Assembly: GCA_021793645.1 (NCBI GenBank)
Contig: JAJYSJ010000003.1
Span: 44,993-108,992 of the forward strand
Source of the DNA: Bacillota bacterium
GTDB taxonomy: Bacteria; Bacillota; Sulfobacillia; JAJZYS01; JAJYTV01
Length of the DNA stretch: 64,000 nt
Direction of reading: 5' to 3'
Shown here: piece after piece, positions 46,827-56,858 of the stretch
Layout: every line of letters starts with the position of its first letter
Numbering within the stretch: position 1 is the stretch's first letter
Notes under the pieces: model-generated
The model's input: the letters and a program-made list of their open reading frames with translations, nothing else
What the model was told of the DNA's origin: nothing
Databases searched by the model: none
Program-made: the position numbers and the translations under genes

Positions 46827-49800
46827 TTGCCCCCAGGCGAAGTGCGGCAGCAGACGAACGGCCAGGATCTTGGTCCGCGAACCAATCCGTATGCAGACCC
46901 TGCAGCCTTTGCCGCAGCCCGCCGTAGAGCCGCCGAGGACCCCGGCGCGTTCCACGGGGACATCGCGATCGGTGAAATGCATTTCTTCGACCCTGGGATC
47001 GGGGCGTGGATCCGCCGTCAGGAGAACGGCCGGTTCGAGGCGATCTATCCAGACGGTCACGTCGCCGACTCAGGACTCGGACCAGACTACCGGCCCTGGC
47101 GCGTCGCCTTCGACGACGCGCTTGCACCCTACTTCCGCTGGTTTCTCGGTGCTCAGACGAATGCTTGCTTCAACGAAGTGGACCGCCACGTCGCGCTTGG
47201 ACGCGGCGACGAGATTGCCTTTCACTTCGAGGGCGACCGCTGGGATCCGACTGCGCTGGGCGGCCGCGGCGCGCCGCAGGTTGCGCTTCGGGTCACGCGC
47301 AAGCGCCTTCTCCTGGAGGTGGCGAAGGCGGCTCTCGTGCTGCAGCGCCTTGGTCTAAAGCGCGGAGACCGCATCGTCCTCAACCTGCCGAACATCCTGC
47401 CGCAGATCTACTACACCGAGGCGGCAAAGCGCCTCGGAATCATCTACACGCCTGTATTTGGCGGCCTCAGCGCCAAGACGGTGTCGGACCGGCTAGAGGA
47501 CCTTGGCGCTTGCGCAATGGTCACCGCTGACGGCGGCTACCGCAATGCGCAGATCGTGCCGTATAAGGAAGCGTACGCAGACCCCGCGCTGGACGGCTTC
47601 AGAGCAGTGCGCACGCTGCGGCTGGGGGCGCAGGAAGTGCTGTCGAGTCTGCCGCAGGATGTGCAGGCGCGGCTTTTGGCTGTGCTCGAGCAGGGATTCG
47701 CCGGAGAGATCACCATGGCGCCAAAGGACGCGATGCGGGTCTTCGGCCGGGCCCTCGACGAGGCAGGCGCGCAACTGCCCAGCGATCAACGGGCAGCACT
47801 GCGCATGAGGGCCGCGACGACCTTCGCCTCGCCGGTCAGACGAGTCGACTTTGTCCTCGTTGTGCGGCACACGCGACAGGAGATCCCGTGGCGCCCCGAG
47901 CGCGATGTCTGGGCGCACGAACTCGAGGCGCAGGCCGCCTCTGCTCTTTTGTCCAGCGCACGTTCCGCAGGCTTTGCCGCCGCGGACGAGGAGCAGCTGC
48001 TCGCGCTGGCAGACCAGGACTTCTTGCGCGCGATCTGGGCATCCAGTCTCCCGGAGCCCGTCGAAGCGAACTTTCCGCTCTTCGCGATCTACACGTCGGG
48101 CAGCACCGGCAAGCCGAAGGGGGTCGTTCACGTCCACGGCTACCTCGGAGGACTTGCGCACACCATGCGTGCAGCCTTCGGTGCGCATCCTGGTGACGAC
48201 GTCCTCTACGTGATCGCCGACCCTGGCTGGATCACCGGCCAGTCCTACATGATCGCCGCAGCCCTCGCAGCGCGCATCCCCAGCGTCGTCGCGGAAGGGG
48301 CGCCTGTCTTCCCGACGGCGGGACGCTTCGCGAGCATCATCGAGCGCTACGGCGTGACGATCTTCAAGGCGGGCGCGACGTTCCTCAAGGGCATCCTCGC
48401 CGACCCCGCGGCTCAGGATGAGGTGCGCCGCTACGATACAGCGTCGCTCCGCGTCGCTACCTTCTGCGCCGAGCCCGTCAACCCAGTCGTGCAGCGCTTC
48501 GCGATGGATCTCCTCTGCGAGGCGTACGAGAACTCCTACTGGGCCACGGAGCACGGCGGCATCGTCTGGACCCACCCTTACCGGAACCCCGATGCCCCTG
48601 TGCGACCGGACGCACATACGTACCCGCTGCCTTGGGTGCAGGGCGATGTCTGGGTCGAGACCGGCGCGCAGCCGGACGGGCGCCGCCAGCACCGCAGGGC
48701 GCAGGATGGCGAAAAGGGCGAGATCGTGCTCAAAGCGCCGTATCCGTACCTTGCGCGTACGGTCTGGGGCGACCCGGACCGCGTGCTTGCCCCAGAATGG
48801 CGCGGCGACGCAGAGCGCTGGGCCAAAACGTACTGGACGCGGTGGGCAGACACGCTCGCTTACACGCAAGGCGACTTCGCCTGCCGCTATGCGGATGGAT
48901 CGTTCACCCTGCACGGCCGCTCTGACGACGTGATCAACGTGGCGGGCCACCGCATCGGGACAGAGGAGATCGAGGGAGCCATCTTGCGCGATCGCCAGCG
49001 CAATCCGGCCTCCCCCGTGCGCAACGCAGTCGTGATCGGAGCGCCGCATCAGGAGAAGGGCCTGGTGCCGGTCGCGTTTGTGCAGACTGCACTCGGCCGC
49101 CCGCTGACGGATCAGGACCGCATGCGCCTCGATCAGTTGGTGCGCAGCGAGAAGGGCGCCGTGGCCGTACCGGGCGACTACATCGCGGTGCAGGAGTTCC
49201 CGGAGACGCGCAGCGGCAAGTATATGCGGCGGCTGCTCGCAGACCTTCTGCGGGGCGAGGCGTCGGGGGATACCACGTCGCTGCGCAATCCGGAGTCGCT
49301 GACCGCGATCCGCCCCCTCGTCGATCGCTGGCGGGAGCGCGAAGCGCTGCGCGCGAGCCAACAGGTGATCGAACGCTTCCGCTACGTGCGTGCGCAGTAC
49401 CTCACCGCGGCGCCAGGCCGTGAAGTGGCGCTGGTGACAGTCGAAAGCCCGCCCGTCAACGCGCTGAACGAGCGCACGCTCGACGAACTGCTCACGCTGG
49501 TCGACCGACTGGCGCAGCGTGAAAGCGTCGCAGCCGTCGTCTTTACCGGCGCGCGTGGCTTCGTCGCTGGTGCTGACGTGCGTCAACTACTGGAGGAGAT
49601 GCAGGAGGCGGGCGACGTGCTGCCCCTCTCCCACAAGGCGCAGCGACTCTTCTCCGCGATCGAGGGCATGGGCAAACCCGCCGTCGCCGCTGTGCGCGGC
49701 GTCGCCCTGGGTGGTGGCAACGAGTTCCAGATGTCAACGCATTACACGGTAGCGGAGCCGGACGCGCAGTTCGGCCAGCCGGAAATCAACCTGCGCCTCT

Positions 49801-52214
49801 TGCCCGGGTACGGAGGGACCCAGCGCCTTGTACGCCTGCTGCACGCGGCAAGCGGCGTGCACGGCGTCATCGAGGCGTTGCGTCTGATCCTCGGCGGCCG
49901 CACCCTGGATGCCCAAGCGGCACTGCGCATCGGGCTCGTGCACGAGGTGGCGCATGAGACCGATGCGCTGTCGCGCGCGCTCGCCCTGGCGCGCGGCCAT
50001 GCGCGCGGCGAGGATGACACTCTTGCCAAGGCGCTTTCGCGGCGCCGGGCCCTCGTCGCGACATACGATCAGCCGCTCGTACTCCCCACGGACCTCCTGG
50101 AAGACCAAGAACTCCTGCGCATCCTTGCACAACTTGCGGCCACGGGACGCGGGGAGGCGGCGAATCGGACACTCGATGCGGTCCGCACCGGTCTCATGCA
50201 GGGGACCGGCGCAGGCCTGCGCGCCGAGGCGGATCACTTCGCCCAAGCCGTTGTCGACCCCCAAGGCGGACGCCAAGGCATACGCGACTTCCTTGACCGC
50301 GTCAGCCCCAACCTGCCGACCCGTGCACCAGGCGTCGGGCCCAAGGATGCCCCCGCGGAACTCGAGGCGCGGGGTGATCTTTTGCCTCCCGGCAGCCCAT
50401 TCTACCCAGGCTTCACTCCTCTGCCCCTCTGGCAGTACGCCTACGGCGTCCGCCGCGATCCCGAGACGGGGGCGCCGCGCCATGGGGACCCCCTGCAGGC
50501 GGAGGAGCGCATGATCGTGCCAGTGGAGGTAATCGCGTCGGATGAGGCGCTCGTCTACATGCTGGCGAGCGACGTCAACTTCAACGACATCTGGGCGGCG
50601 ACAGGCATTCCCGTCTCCCCCTTCGACAGCCACGACGAGGATGTCCACATCAGCGGCAGCGGCGGCGTTGGACTGGTAGTCGCGCTTGGCGAGGCGCTGC
50701 GCCGCGAAGGTCGGCTGGAGATCGGGCAGGTCTGCGTCGTCTATCCGGGGCAGTCCGACCCCTTCTCGCCAGACGCCGGTCTGGACCCGATGGCAGCGAA
50801 CTTCCGCATCCAGGGCTACGAGACGCCGGACGGCAGCCACCGCCAGTTCCTCAAAGTGCAGGGAGCGCAGCTCCTGCCAAAGCCGGAGGGTGCGAGCCTC
50901 GAAGCGAGTGCAGGCTACCTGCTCGCACTCGGAACCGTCTACCGAGCCCTCTACACCACCCTGCGCGTTGCACCCGGAGGGCTCTTGTTCTCCGAAGGAG
51001 CTGCGACAGGCACGGGGCTCGAGGCCGTGAAGGCTGCCTCCCGCGACGGGGTGGCGGTCGCAGGCATGGTCTCCAGCGACGCACGTGAACGCGCAGCCCG
51101 CGAGGCAGGCGCAAGTGTCGTGGTGCGCCGCGACGCACCGGAACTGCAGGGCATCTTCACGCCGGTGCCAGAGAACGCTGCACTATGGCATGCGTGGGAA
51201 GTGCAAGGCGAACCGTTCGTGGCGGCCCTTCGCGCCCAGGGGAAGGGGCGGCTGCCAGACTACGTGCTCTCCCACGCCGGAGAAACCTCGTTCCCGCGCA
51301 GTTTCCAGGCGCTCGCCCCAGGCGGCCGCCTCGCTTTCTTCGGTGCCTCCTCCGGCTACCACTTCACCTTCATGGGCAGGCCGGGCTTCCTTACCGCCGA
51401 CGCCGCAGCGAGACGCGCAGAACTGCGCTCGGGCGACGCGGTGATGGTCTACTACGGCGTTGGCAGCGACGACGTCGAAGACCCTGTCGGCCTTGAACTC
51501 GTCGAGGCGGCACGTGTATGCGGCGCTCGCATCGCCCTTTGGACCCGCACGGACGCCCAGGCCGAGTTCGTGCAAAGCCTTGGATACGGCGACGCCCTTG
51601 CGGGCGCCGTCAGCCTTGAGGAGATCATGCGCCGCCGGGGCGACGGGTTCATCTGGCCCAGCACCATGCCGCCGCTGCCGGATCCCAGGCAAGAGACCGC
51701 CGCGTTCAAGGAAGCCGTACGCCGGTTTCAGGAATTCACCTTCAAGCCCGTGGGAGAGGCGATCGGCAAGCTGCTGCGGGGGCCGCGCAACCCCCGCGGT
51801 CAGCCGGACGTCATCTTCGAACGCGCCAGCCACGACGCTCTTGCAGTCAGCGTGATGCTGGTCCGGCCCCTGACGGGGCGAGTCGTCTACTGTGAGGAGA
51901 CGGCAGGCCGCCGCTACAGCTTCTTCGCTCCTCAGGTCTGGATGCGCCAGCGCCGCATTCTCCTGCCGAATGCGGAGATCCTCGGCACGCACCTGTGCAA
52001 CTCCTACGAGGCGCAAGAGGTTACGAGGGATGTGGCCGCAGGCCGTTTCCAACTGACCGAACCCGTCCTTGTACCGTTCGATGGGCTGCCGCAAGCGCAT
52101 CAGGAGATGTGGGAGAACCGACACGCAGGCGGCAGCTACGTCGTCGATCATGCACTTCCGCGCAGCGGCCTGAAGAGCGTAGATGAACTGTATGCCGCCT
52201 GGGCGCAGCGCTGA
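46827..52214 (+). CDS. pcs: Trifunctional propionyl-CoA synthase (acyl-CoA synthetase + enoyl-CoA hydratase + enoyl-CoA reductase), about 1,795 aa
   Basis: ACS motifs YTSGSTGKPKG, FCAEP, YWATEHGG, ETRSGK; crotonase PPVNAL, FVAGAD, GGGNE, GQPEINL..LPGYGGTQR; MDR/CCR-like DVNFNDIWA, GYETPDGS, GAATGTG, MWENRH. TTG 46827 after AAGGAGGTG. Confidence 0.9.
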   Translation: MPPGEVRQQTNGQDLGPRTNPYADPAAFAAARRRAAEDPGAFHGDIAIGEMHFFDPGIGAWIRRQENGRFEAIYPDGHVADSGLGPDYRPWRVAFDDALAPYFRWFLGAQTNACFNEVDRHVALGRGDEIAFHFEGDRWDPTALGGRGAPQVALRVTRKRLLLEVAKAALVLQRLGLKRGDRIVLNLPNILPQIYYTEAAKRLGIIYTPVFGGLSAKTVSDRLEDLGACAMVTADGGYRNAQIVPYKEAYADPALDGFRAVRTLRLGAQEVLSSLPQDVQARLLAVLEQGFAGEITMAPKDAMRVFGRALDEAGAQLPSDQRAALRMRAATTFASPVRRVDFVLVVRHTRQEIPWRPERDVWAHELEAQAASALLSSARSAGFAAADEEQLLALADQDFLRAIWASSLPEPVEANFPLFAIYTSGSTGKPKGVVHVHGYLGGLAHTMRAAFGAHPGDDVLYVIADPGWITGQSYMIAAALAARIPSVVAEGAPVFPTAGRFASIIERYGVTIFKAGATFLKGILADPAAQDEVRRYDTASLRVATFCAEPVNPVVQRFAMDLLCEAYENSYWATEHGGIVWTHPYRNPDAPVRPDAHTYPLPWVQGDVWVETGAQPDGRRQHRRAQDGEKGEIVLKAPYPYLARTVWGDPDRVLAPEWRGDAERWAKTYWTRWADTLAYTQGDFACRYADGSFTLHGRSDDVINVAGHRIGTEEIEGAILRDRQRNPASPVRNAVVIGAPHQEKGLVPVAFVQTALGRPLTDQDRMRLDQLVRSEKGAVAVPGDYIAVQEFPETRSGKYMRRLLADLLRGEASGDTTSLRNPESLTAIRPLVDRWREREALRASQQVIERFRYVRAQYLTAAPGREVALVTVESPPVNALNERTLDELLTLVDRLAQRESVAAVVFTGARGFVAGADVRQLLEEMQEAGDVLPLSHKAQRLFSAIEGMGKPAVAAVRGVALGGGNEFQMSTHYTVAEPDAQFGQPEINLRLLPGYGGTQRLVRLLHAASGVHGVIEALRLILGGRTLDAQAALRIGLVHEVAHETDALSRALALARGHARGEDDTLAKALSRRRALVATYDQPLVLPTDLLEDQELLRILAQLAATGRGEAANRTLDAVRTGLMQGTGAGLRAEADHFAQAVVDPQGGRQGIRDFLDRVSPNLPTRAPGVGPKDAPAELEARGDLLPPGSPFYPGFTPLPLWQYAYGVRRDPETGAPRHGDPLQAEERMIVPVEVIASDEALVYMLASDVNFNDIWAATGIPVSPFDSHDEDVHISGSGGVGLVVALGEALRREGRLEIGQVCVVYPGQSDPFSPDAGLDPMAANFRIQGYETPDGSHRQFLKVQGAQLLPKPEGASLEASAGYLLALGTVYRALYTTLRVAPGGLLFSEGAATGTGLEAVKAASRDGVAVAGMVSSDARERAAREAGASVVVRRDAPELQGIFTPVPENAALWHAWEVQGEPFVAALRAQGKGRLPDYVLSHAGETSFPRSFQALAPGGRLAFFGASSGYHFTFMGRPGFLTADAAARRAELRSGDAVMVYYGVGSDDVEDPVGLELVEAARVCGARIALWTRTDAQAEFVQSLGYGDALAGAVSLEEIMRRRGDGFIWPSTMPPLPDPRQETAAFKEAVRRFQEFTFKPVGEAIGKLLRGPRNPRGQPDVIFERASHDALAVSVMLVRPLTGRVVYCEETAGRRYSFFAPQVWMRQRRILLPNAEILGTHLCNSYEAQEVTRDVAAGRFQLTEPVLVPFDGLPQAHQEMWENRHAGGSYVVDHALPRSGLKSVDELYAAWAQR

Positions 52215-52253
52215 GCCCTGGCAGGAGGCGCCCGTCCGTGCTACCCTGCTGGC

Positions 52254-52607
52254 ATGCAATACACCGCAATCGTGACCGACGACCTCTTCCTGGGTACGAA
52301 GGCGCAGGACATCCTGCGCCGTGCCGGAATAGCGGCCCGGCGCACGGCTCCGGGAGCGCTTGACGCGGCGGACCCGGCACCGGCCGTGGTGGTGCTGGAC
52401 CTCGGACTGCCCCTGGAGAAGCGCGTCCAGGTCGTGCACTGGGCACAGGACAAAGCGCCTGTCGTAGCCTTTGGCCCGCACGTCGACGCGGAGTCGCTCT
52501 TTTGGGCGCGACAGGCCGGCTGTGCGGCAGTGTTGACCAAGGGCCAATTGGAAGCGCGCCTTGCCCGCGCCGTCGCTGGCGCACTGCCCGCCGATGCACC
52601 ACCTTGA
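52254..52607 (+). CDS. Single-domain receiver-like protein
   Basis: IVTDDLF...VVVLDL...AFGPHVD...AGC.AVLTK. Confidence 0.6.
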   Translation: MQYTAIVTDDLFLGTKAQDILRRAGIAARRTAPGALDAADPAPAVVVLDLGLPLEKRVQVVHWAQDKAPVVAFGPHVDAESLFWARQAGCAAVLTKGQLEARLARAVAGALPADAPP

Positions 52608-53188
52608 CACTGCCGTTTGACGCCCGCGCAGCCGCGCGGGCGCTTGCGTCCTCTCGTAGGATCGCCGTGATCGGAGCACCGGGTGCTGGCAAGTCCACCG
52701 CAGCGCGGGCGCTCGCAGAGTACCTTCCGCTCCCGCTCCACCACCTGGATCGCCTGTACTGGCGACCGGGTTGGCAGCCGACGCCGCCGGACGAATGGCA
52801 GGCGGTGCAGCGCGCACTCGTGCAAGCACCGCGCTGGATCATCGACGGCAACTATGGCGACACCCTCGGCATCCGCCTTGCGAGAGCCGAGGCCGTGCTC
52901 TTCCTCGACCTCCCCGCACCGGTCTGCATCCGGCGCGTGCTCTGGCGCAGCCTGAGGCTGCACGGTCAGGTGCGGCAAGATCTGGGCGAAGGCTGCCCGG
53001 AACATTTCGACCCTGAATTCCTGCGCTTTGTCGCGAGATTTCGCCGCCACGTTCGCCCACAGCTACTCGCCCTGCACGCCGCTGCGCCGGCCGGCCAGGC
53101 GTGGATCGCTCCAAGCAGCTCTCGGGAAACGCATCTCCTCATGGCCGAGGTCCGCAGAATCTCGCGCTCGGCGGCCTCCGCGACCTAA
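52604..53188 (+). CDS. P-loop kinase, topology-modulation protein (FlaR)/adenylate-kinase-like
   Basis: IGAPGAGKST, HLDRLYWRPGW, WIIDGNYGDT; TTG 52604 overlaps the upstream stop. Confidence 0.82.
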   Translation: MTLPFDARAAARALASSRRIAVIGAPGAGKSTAARALAEYLPLPLHHLDRLYWRPGWQPTPPDEWQAVQRALVQAPRWIIDGNYGDTLGIRLARAEAVLFLDLPAPVCIRRVLWRSLRLHGQVRQDLGEGCPEHFDPEFLRFVARFRRHVRPQLLALHAAAPAGQAWIAPSSSRETHLLMAEVRRISRSAASAT

Positions 53189-53311
53189 CGCATGCTCTGG
53201 GCGGCAGGACATGCGAGTTGGCGTTCCGCCACCTGGCTCCCTCGACGGGTTGACTAGGCAGGGTGCGGCGCCGCGCATCTCCAATCCGGTTGCAAAAAGA
53301 GGGGACGGACG

Positions 53312-54364
53312 ATGCAGGATGCAACGGCACTTAGTCTTGTCGAACTCCTCCTGGCAGCGGGGGCTGGAATTTGCATTGAGATGGTTATCCACTGGGCCCT
53401 GCGACGCTTCTTACACCGGCGTAGCGCTGTCCATGCCTTGCTCAGGCGGACCGGCCGCGCTGCGCAGGCTGCCTTCGCGCTCAGCGTTGCGCTGATCATC
53501 AGCCCAGCGCTGCATTTCAGCCAGGGCGTCTCGGCAGTGTTGCATGAACTCGCAACACTATCGGCCCTGACAGTTGTCGCGTGGGTGCTCATCGTGCTCG
53601 TCTACGTCGCCGAGGAGATCGTGCAGACTCGGTTCGACGTCACGGTGCCTGACAATCTCGCTGCACGCAAGATTCTCACGCGGACCGGAGTAATCCGGCG
53701 CGTGATCGTTGCCATGATCCTCGTGCTGACCGGTTCGTCCGCGCTAATGACCTTTCCGGCAGTGCGCGCCCTGGGGGCAAGCCTGCTCGCGTCCGCCGGC
53801 CTTGTTGGGCTGATCGCCGGTCTTGCCGCTCAGCCTGTGCTGTCGAACCTGATAGCGGGTCTGCAGATCGCACTTACACAACCGATCCGCATCGATGACG
53901 TCGTGGTCATCAATGGCGACTGGGGGTGGATCGAGGAGATCGACACGACATTCGTTGTGGTGCGCATCTGGGATCTGCGCCGGCTGATCGTACCGCTAAC
54001 CTACTTCCTGCAAAACCCGATCGAGAACTGGACATACCACAGCGCCAGCATCATCGGATATGTGTACGTCTACGCCGACTATCGCGTCAGCGTCGATGCC
54101 GTTCGTGAGGAACTGCAGCGCATTCTTGCCGCAAGCCCGGACTGGGACACGAAATCCTGGAACCTGCAGGTCACCGGACTCGACGAGCAGGCCATGCAGA
54201 TGCGCGCTCTGTTCAGTGCGGCCGACTCCGGCCACCGCTGGAACCTCATGGTGGAGGTGCAGGAGAAGCTGATCGCATTCTTGCAGACGCAATATCCTGA
54301 ACACCTGCCGCGTACACGCGTTGAAATACGGCCGGAACCGCCTGTCAGACGCCCGGGCTCGTAA
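53312..54364 (+). CDS. MscS-family mechanosensitive channel
   Basis: LASAGLVGLIAGLAAQPVLSN, PIRIDDVV, GWIEEI, D.RRLIVP. Confidence 0.9.
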   Translation: MQDATALSLVELLLAAGAGICIEMVIHWALRRFLHRRSAVHALLRRTGRAAQAAFALSVALIISPALHFSQGVSAVLHELATLSALTVVAWVLIVLVYVAEEIVQTRFDVTVPDNLAARKILTRTGVIRRVIVAMILVLTGSSALMTFPAVRALGASLLASAGLVGLIAGLAAQPVLSNLIAGLQIALTQPIRIDDVVVINGDWGWIEEIDTTFVVVRIWDLRRLIVPLTYFLQNPIENWTYHSASIIGYVYVYADYRVSVDAVREELQRILAASPDWDTKSWNLQVTGLDEQAMQMRALFSAADSGHRWNLMVEVQEKLIAFLQTQYPEHLPRTRVEIRPEPPVRRPGS

Positions 54365-54878
54365 TCCCGTGGGGGTGCGGAGATCCCGTCGCACAAGCGG
54401 TAGGGCTATGGCGTGAACTGCTTCTCCGTATGACAGAAAGGGTCGCAAATCGAAAGACTCCGCGTACCGCCTGGCCCAAGTCCGCAGCCGCTTAACTCCA
54501 GCGAGACCTGTCGCCACCGGTTCGTCCAATCCCGTATCCTACGCTGCGGTCTGCGTGGCAGAATAGAGGCGTCAGAGCGCGCGCCCAAGGCCGCCTGACG
54601 TTTACTCGCGCAGTCCAAGGCGTTCGCGGACTCGATGTTCGTTCATGTCCCTTGGCGTCCGAAGGCTTGACGGCGGAGCGGAAGCCTCGCCTCCGTGCAG
54701 TAGCAGGAATACTGGCCACCCATCCGAAAGCAGTTTCCTTAGGAGTTCCCTGCGAAATACGTCGGCGGGTCTTGCGCAAACGCGAGACGCGCATGCATGG
54801 GCATACAGGCGTTGATGCAAGCGAGCCCGTCTCAGAGCAATTGGAACCAAGACCTATTGAAGGGGCCCGAACGGCATT

Positions 54879-56849
54879 ATGCGCAAGCCCGTTATCCCTG
54901 AACCAGTTTTGATCATTCTCCTTGCGGTAGTGGTTGGAGTTGTCGGCGGCGTAGGCGCGGTCCTCTTCCGCCTGATGATCCAATACGCCCAGGTCGGTTT
55001 CCGGTGGCTGGCGGGCGCCTCCTTCCACATGCCGCACGTCACGGTCGCGATCATGCCGGTGCTTGGTCTTTTGGCGGTCGGGGTGATCTCAACCTACTTC
55101 GCCCGCGAGGTCAAAGGGCACGGCGTGCCACAGATCCTTGAGGCGCTCGCGCTGCGCGGAGGCCGCATCCGCCCGCGGGTCGGATTCTTCGGCATCCTGG
55201 CGCCGGCGCTCACGATCGGATCCGGCGGCTCGGTCGGCCGCGAGGGCCCGATCGCTCTCATCGGAGCTGCCTTCGGCTCGTCGCTCGGACAATCGCTGAA
55301 ATTGCCGGATCGCTACACGATGCTGCTCGTCGGCTGCGGCACTGCGGCCGGTATCGGTGCGACGTTCAACGCGCCGATCGCCGGCGCCCTGTTCGCCATG
55401 GAGGTCGTGCTGGGCAGCTACGCGATGGGCACGCTCGTCCCGTGCTTCGTGGCATCGGTCACCGGCGTGAGCGTCTTCAACCTCATCCTCGGCGACCACT
55501 TGGCGCTCACCGTACCGTCCGCGGCGTTCCACACGCCAGTTTCGCTTGTCCTGATGGGAGCCCTCGGCATCCTGGCCGGCCTGTTCGGCATCGCCTACAC
55601 GCGCGGCCTCACGTACTTTGAGGACCTCTTCGACAACTGGCACGCCAGCTTCTGGCAACGCGCCCTGGTCGGCGGCCTGTTCGTCGGGCTGCTGGGCCTC
55701 GTCGTGCCGCAGGTGCTGGGCGTCGGCTACGGCACGATGAACGCCGTGGCGACCGGCAAGATTTTCGGCATCATGGTGCTTTTGCTGCTTGTTGCGAAGT
55801 ACTTCGCAACACTGGTGACGATCGGCGCTGGAGGCTCAGGTGGCGTCTTCGCTCCGAGCCTGTTTCTCGGACTGATGCTTGGCACAGCGTTCGGCACGGT
55901 TGTACACGGACTCGCGCCTGGTACGTTTGCTCCGGCCAGCGTTTTCGGGGTCGCCGGCATGGGCGCGGTGTTCGCCGCGACGGCGCAGGCGCCGCTGACT
56001 GCCGCGGTGATCGTCCTCGAAATGACGGGCGACTACCGCCTTGCCATGGGCACCGTGCTGGCCTGCGCGCTCTCCTACTTCCTTTACGGCTCCATGCAGC
56101 GCGACACGATGTACACCGTACGCCTCAGCCGACGCGGCATCCGCATTCTGCGCGGCTCCGAAGTGCGGCCGCTGCAGTCGATGCTGGTGAAGACGGCGAT
56201 GAGGTCCCTGGAGACGCGCGTCGTCACGACCGATACCCTGCAGAGTGCCCAGCTCAGAATGGTGGAACTGCATGCAGACGCCCTCGTCGTGGAAGACGAG
56301 TACGGCGCCTACGCCGGCGTCCTTGAAGCCCCGACCGTTCTCGCGGCAACGGGCAAGGAGGGCCTGGACGCATTGGTGGGGTCGGTCTCGCTCAATCGCG
56401 TTCCGCCAGTATCGCAGGCAACCAACCTGGACGAGGCGATGCAGCGGTTCGCGCTGTATGACACCGACCTGCTCCCGGTCGCCGATCACCAGAAACTGCT
56501 AGGCCTGCTGACCCGCCGTGACGTTCTGCAGGCATACCAGACGCACACCACACTCAGCCTTGAAACGGATCGCAAGGTGGCACTGCTGCAGCAGGAGACC
56601 GGTAGTTCCGGAGCGTTCCAGTCGTTCGGGATCTCCCCTGGGAGTCCGATCATCGGCATCGCCATTCGCGACCTGCGCCTGCCGCAGAACACCCTGATCG
56701 TGGCCGTCGAGCGCGGTGCGACCGTCGTTGTCCCGCACGGCGACACGACAATCCAGGAGGACGACCGGGTGGTCGTCTACGCGAATCCACCAGCAGGCAT
56801 CGACGAAGTGCGCAAACTGCTCAGTTCCTCGCAGCGCGTCAAGGCTTAG
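54879..56849 (+). CDS. CLC chloride channel/antiporter with tandem CBS and C-terminal TrkA-C domains
   Basis: GHGVP, GREGP, FNAPIAGALFAMEV, GGVFAP; CBS pair; LIVAVERG..PHGDTTIQEDD. Confidence 0.92.
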   Translation: MRKPVIPEPVLIILLAVVVGVVGGVGAVLFRLMIQYAQVGFRWLAGASFHMPHVTVAIMPVLGLLAVGVISTYFAREVKGHGVPQILEALALRGGRIRPRVGFFGILAPALTIGSGGSVGREGPIALIGAAFGSSLGQSLKLPDRYTMLLVGCGTAAGIGATFNAPIAGALFAMEVVLGSYAMGTLVPCFVASVTGVSVFNLILGDHLALTVPSAAFHTPVSLVLMGALGILAGLFGIAYTRGLTYFEDLFDNWHASFWQRALVGGLFVGLLGLVVPQVLGVGYGTMNAVATGKIFGIMVLLLLVAKYFATLVTIGAGGSGGVFAPSLFLGLMLGTAFGTVVHGLAPGTFAPASVFGVAGMGAVFAATAQAPLTAAVIVLEMTGDYRLAMGTVLACALSYFLYGSMQRDTMYTVRLSRRGIRILRGSEVRPLQSMLVKTAMRSLETRVVTTDTLQSAQLRMVELHADALVVEDEYGAYAGVLEAPTVLAATGKEGLDALVGSVSLNRVPPVSQATNLDEAMQRFALYDTDLLPVADHQKLLGLLTRRDVLQAYQTHTTLSLETDRKVALLQQETGSSGAFQSFGISPGSPIIGIAIRDLRLPQNTLIVAVERGATVVVPHGDTTIQEDDRVVVYANPPAGIDEVRKLLSSSQRVKA

Positions 56850-56858
56850 TCGTTAAGG

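Noticed and set aside
54365-54878. Fluoride or c-di-GMP-I riboswitch before the CLC gene
   Set aside because: Core consensus segments were not found; the CLC has GREGP and GGVFAP motifs rather than fluoride-exporter signatures.
36855-56858. Direct repeats or a tRNA target bounding the 20-kb block
   Set aside because: Only a 5-mer (CTAAG) is shared, and no tRNA-like sequence was seen.
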